Of a DNA stretch of 64,000 bases, positions 59,294 to 64,000 are shown one piece after another. This DNA is from Podarcis vaucheri (taxonomy: Eukaryota), in assembly GCA_965113315.1 (NCBI GenBank), contig OZ220379.1; one strand, 5' to 3'. The position numbers and the translations under genes are program-made. The notes beneath the pieces were generated by a model. The model was not told the origin of the DNA. It did no database searches and was given only the letters and a program-made list of their open reading frames with translations. The first letter of the stretch is position 1. Every line of letters starts with the position of its first letter.

Positions 59294-62200
59294 AATGGAT
59301 CAGTGGAGAGAATTTTCGACATGGCAGTGAAACCCTGGCTATGGGTGGGCCTACAAAGTCTTTCAAAGGTGTTCCCCACTACAGCAAGCAGATCAGCCAT
59401 GTGAAGATGCTCCTAGACAAATAATTATTTATTATCCTCAGTTTTCTTTGAAGCCTCTGCGTTCAATCTGCCTGCAAGTGCCTATGTGCAAATACAAATA
59501 GCAGAAGTTTCTAGGCAGACCCCTTTCAGGTTGAGGGGGGAGTGGGGCTGCCCTGACAATGACATGAACACCAGCCATACCCCTCTATGGTCTCATGCAT
59601 AGCAGCTGCATGTCTTGGCACAACACACACATACAGGCATAGGAACATAGGGACTGCCCCCCATATGAGGGGGGTCCTGTTTGGCAACCCAACTAGAAGC
59701 ACTTCTGCAAACACTGTGCATGGTGCCAGTACCCCTCTGGCCTGAGGACATTGTAAGGCACTTCTCTTACTCGGAGGACTCCAGTTCAGAATCTCTAGCG
59801 CAAGTTGGGGAAACCTTGGCCTTCTAGATGTTGCTGAATGACAACTCCTATCGTCCCTAGTCATTGGCCATGTTTGATGGGGAGTTGGAGGGCCAAAAGA
59901 TTCCCCTCCTTTGCTCTAATACAACCATAATTTCCCACCGTCTATCAGAGTCCATAACTGTTATATCAGGATGGAACCCTTTTAATGAAGAGGATCCTCT
60001 CAGCCAAGGCAGGGCTACCTACTTTGACAGAGCCGCAGTTAAGCTCAAGCTGGGGATTACTGCTGCAGAAGCAACATCTGAGCACTGCTGTCATGAACTC
60101 TCCAGCCTGAGTCCTGCATGGAGCTGTCCAGTGTACCTTCGCCTCTGCTGAGGTCAGTGCTCACAGCAGAACAGGAAACTGAACCCATATTCGGTAATAA
60201 GCAAGTCTAGCCAGTAATGAGGAAGTCTAGTTGGAGCCATGGAGAGGATAGCAATGTTCTAATCCTTCTGTTATCCCCATCATCGCCATGTATCATCGCC
60301 ACTGATGATGTTTCCTTCTGGCTGCATATCCACATATACCCAACTTTTGAAATGCTTCTCAAATGCAAAGTTCCTGAGCTGGGCTGTGTCCTTGCTGTTG
60401 GGTCCAGGATAGGGGTCAATACTCACTCTGGTATCTGCAGTTATCTAAATGCCTTAAAACAGCTACATCACTGTATCTTTGGTCCTCCATAGAGGGTGAA
60501 TTACTTGTTTATCAATCTGAGTTGATGAAAGCATTTCAGATTCTCGTGATTGAGGAAAGGATGAATCAGAAACAGTTTGTAACCTAGACAGTGCTTTGGG
60601 AAACCTAGACAGCTTTTTTCTGGGAATGTGTCCATGAGACTCTTCTGCTGATCTTCTCTCCTGCTCCCAATTACTTGGCCATGCCTTAGGGTCCCACAAA
60701 GATAGTAAAGGATTTGCAGGAGATGCCATCCTTGGTTCTTGCTATGTTTAAGATAGTGGAAGCAATCTATAGAAAGCAAGGGGAGATGTACTGCTCCAAT
60801 TGTTGTGATTCACTGTGCATTTAAGGATTCTTGAGGTTGTCTAAATGGAGCACTGAATAGGCTTTGGGGGGAAATCTCAGTATACTATTGGTAAAAAAGG
60901 ATGGGTCTTCCTAGAAAGTTCTGTTTTTTGAAGGTGCCACCTTGGCCTGACAGGATTCAATCAAGGGAGGTCAATTACCGTTTTAAAGCCACAAATGTGT
61001 ACCATAACTTAAAAAATACAGTAGCAATACAGATTAGTGCTAAAAGAAGAAGAATGCAGTCTCATCAGGCCTAATCAAGACTGTCCATACCAATGTTATT
61101 AAAAATCAAACAATATGTTTTTCAATCTTAAAACTTGTGTTTTATAAAGTTATTTGAGCTACAGAGCTAAAAACTGTTTTCTGAAAGCAAATCCTAATTG
61201 TATAAATTAGGATTATTTTAGACCTATTCGCACAGGGAGTTCCGCACCCTTGCTAACTAATTTGCTACTGTTGGCAGGAGTTTCCCTTCTCTTCTCCAAC
61301 TAAGTGAGAAGTTCTGCATATATGTGCTACTATTTTATTTTTGGAAAGCAGGAAAGCTGATGGGTTTTTTAAAAAAGAAAAGCTGAGCTGCATATCTGTC
61401 CATTGTCTACTAACCCAGGAGAACAAAAAGTCTTCTGAGTGTCCACATTTTTATTCCACCTTGTGGGGAGAATTTTGACATCACTTTAGGATGCATGTTC
61501 TGTGTGAATCCTGCTTCCATAAATGACCTGAAGTACATACTGAGACTATTCTTGATTTATAAGAACTTTCCAGGTCAAGTTGACCTCAAATCAGCATACC
61601 TCTTGAACCATTGTTCATCCATTTGGATCCTCACTACAAAGTAACTGCAACAGGGGAAAGAGTCATTTGAATTGACCATTAAGCCTTGTTCGGATACTAC
61701 ATTTTTTCTGGATTGGAATCATGTAGACCTCAGGATTGACCTTGTTATTTTCAATGGTGCCACGGTTCTGGTATTCTCAAATATAAACCACTGCAGAAGG
61801 ACTTTAGATACACAAGACCATGGCCCAGGCCTGTGGACCTACTTATATTATGGGCAGCGTACAGTTGTGGATGGTAGCTGGTAGTGGTGTTGGCATGATC
61901 AAGACCCCATGGGAATCAAGTAGAAGCTTGATACCATGAAGCATTTCTTCTGTTTGGGGGCTGTATGTGCAATTGTGACAGACACCCCCCCCCTTTTAAG
62001 CCTATTGGGTGTCTGAGCTGTCAAATCTAATCTTCTGCCTGTGGATTCCATGATGATTGCCATCACATTTTGCTCTATGTAATAATGTTTGGTGATGATG
62101 CCTATTGTTCATTTGTGTGCTGTTTGGTGACTCCTTTGTGTAACAACTTGTGTTTTCCTGTATTCTTCCATCATCTATTCAGCCCAATAAACAATGGCAG

Positions 62201-63049
62201 GACACATTATACTGCTATACTAGGAACTGTTCTAATTTGGGTGAAGGTACTTCCTTGTATCGAAACCTACTACTATCTCAATTAGGACATTTTCTAAATA
62301 ATTGCCCTAGTCCTTCAATAGGAATTAAGGGAGCACATTTCCATATTTCCCAATTGGTTAGCATGCTGCTAGCTGGCTCCTCATTTGGAAGGGGGAAATG
62401 TACACAGCAAAGTAAAGCCTGCCTCTTAAAATTCATGCAGAATTGCACTGCCCCAACTTATTCTCTTTGTTGTCGTGTATTTTCCAACTTTTCTCTCTGC
62501 GCCAGAACTTCATTTAATCATGAGAGACACATTCATTTCACTTTGTGCATTTTCATATAATTTGTTGCAAATGCTTCACCTCATTATACCGCAGTCCTTC
62601 AGGGCCAAGCATTCAGAATGTTGTAAAGAGAGTAATTATTATGGAGATTTAAGGTAGACTGGAGCTTATGGAACACGGAAGATTCATATCAGAATGAGAA
62701 TTACTGGAGACCTCTAGAGAAAATCCGTATCCTGAATGTAGTGGTATTAATTGGGGATCTGGTAGATTGTGCCTTTTGAAATCAGCATGGGACCAGTGCT
62801 TAAGTACTTTGTTAGACAGTCTCTCTGCTGCTAGGGGTGCAGAGATTTAAAGCCAAAGTCTTAGAGGTCTGTGATCATTAGAGGTCTGCTTCAGTTCTAT
62901 ATCATGTGTTAGCCTGATTGTGGTACTCCTTTTTTTGTTTTACTCTGTTTTCTCATCTGTTCCTCATCACCTTTTTCCAGTTCTGTAGCCCCCATGTTTA
63001 TTCCCCTCAGGTCAATACTGCATCTCAGACTCTTACTGCCTGGCAATCT

Positions 63050-63370
63050 TATTTATTTATTTCATAACATTTACAGACTTTTTGATTGTTAACAAAAACA
63101 ACATTTAAAGCGATTTACAAATGGAATGTAAAAAAAAGATCAGTGAATGAAAAAGGTAAAAAAAACTCTTTAAAACACTCAAAAAAATTAAAATTGTCTA
63201 TGATGAGCTAAAAAAAATAATGTTAAAATACATGCCAACATACTACATTTCTGGGTAGGCTTGCCTAAATGAAATTGTTTTTAGCAGGTGCTGAAAAGAG
63301 TCTAGTGAGGGTACCTGCCTCTCAGTAGACTGGGAGTCCCAATGTTTGGGTGCCACCACACTAAAAGATT
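63050..63370 (-). mobile_element. Old L2 3' remnant
   Basis: TTATTTATTTATTT tail, then decayed TTTTTAGCAGGTGCTGAAAAGAG..GGTGCCACCACACTAAA typical of the reverse strand of L2 ends. Confidence 0.5.
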
Positions 63371-63731
63371 GATTTATTACAAATGTTTGTCAAATCCTTG
63401 CATGTCTGAACTGGTACCCAGTTTTCCCTGTGTTCTCTCGGGCATGAGTCACGAAGTAAATTAAAAATATGCAGAAATACAGTGGATAACAACTGTGCTT
63501 GCTCCAGGGTTTTCTTTTGGGGTGGGCGGGCTTTGACATAGGACCATTAGTGCCCCATCAACCAAGGAGAGGTGGGGCCTGCAAACTGAAAATGCTCTTA
63601 AGTGGCTGGATAACAACGCTACATCTTCCAAACATGGAAATGCTTGCACAGCAATTATACCAGCCTGCAGTCTGGTCTTCACAGGCCATCTGGCAGGAAA
63701 CTGACTCATGCCATGATGCAGACCATGCAAC

Positions 63732-63900
63732 TTAGCTGCTCACTAGCATGCAGTGATAGATTTGCAGGCAGAAAGTCTCAGGTTCAAACTATGGCATTTC
63801 CAAATAGGGCTGGTAAATATTCTTGTCTGAAACCCCGAACACCCACGGCAAGTTCCTACAGACAATACGGAGGTACATGGGCCAGTTCATTGATGGTTTA
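63732..63900 (+). mobile_element. Decayed tRNA-derived SINE (Squam2-like)
   Basis: GCAGAAAGTCTCAGGTTCAAA (B-box region)..TAGGGCTGG..TCTGAAACCC..AGACAATAC. Confidence 0.5.
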
Positions 63901-63929
63901 ACTGGCCCACAGATTTCTGCTGATGTGAG

Positions 63930-64000
63930 CAGGGCCGGATTTCAGTTTGAGGAGGCCCTAAGCTACTGAAGGTAATGGGGCCCTTTATATGTCCAGCTGT
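63930..64000. mobile_element. Start of a probable hAT-type MITE, cut by the window edge
   Basis: CAGGGCCGGATTT terminus with GGCCC motifs; the right end lies outside the window. Confidence 0.5.

Noticed and set aside
1-64000. Host protein-coding gene or endogenous viral element
   Set aside because: No ORF outside retroelements shows a recognisable cellular or viral domain; very short exons cannot be excluded without RNA-seq or homology search.

Overview
Vertebrate (eukaryotic) genomic DNA, almost certainly from a squamate reptile and most likely a lacertid lizard. This is inferred from the repeat content: Sauria/Squam1 SINEs, Squam3 SINEs, BovB, abundant L2 3' ends with (TTA)n tails, and pogo/Tigger-type and hAT MITEs. 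I find no convincing host protein-coding exon. The only recognisable coding sequence is retroelement-derived: an uninterrupted L2 RT C-terminal ORF at 24389-25630, and L1, RTE, BovB and Rex1 fragments. Between the repeats lie several repeat-free blocks rich in homeobox/Fox/TCF motifs that look like conserved non-coding elements, suggesting a large intron or gene desert near a developmental regulator (inference; needs alignment). Three assembly gaps are present. The most notable observations are: (1) a complete, TSD-bounded 1.15-kb non-coding L1-like retroelement carrying adjacent CTCF and YY1 motifs at its 5' end; (2) a degenerate hammerhead ribozyme at the end of a Penelope-like fragment; (3) compensatory base changes in a 3' stem-loop shared by two L2 families and the Squam3 SINE; (4) pogo-type MITE families that share one terminal scaffold but swap a short internal motif. 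Repeat family names come from motif recognition, not database searches, and many boundaries are approximate.
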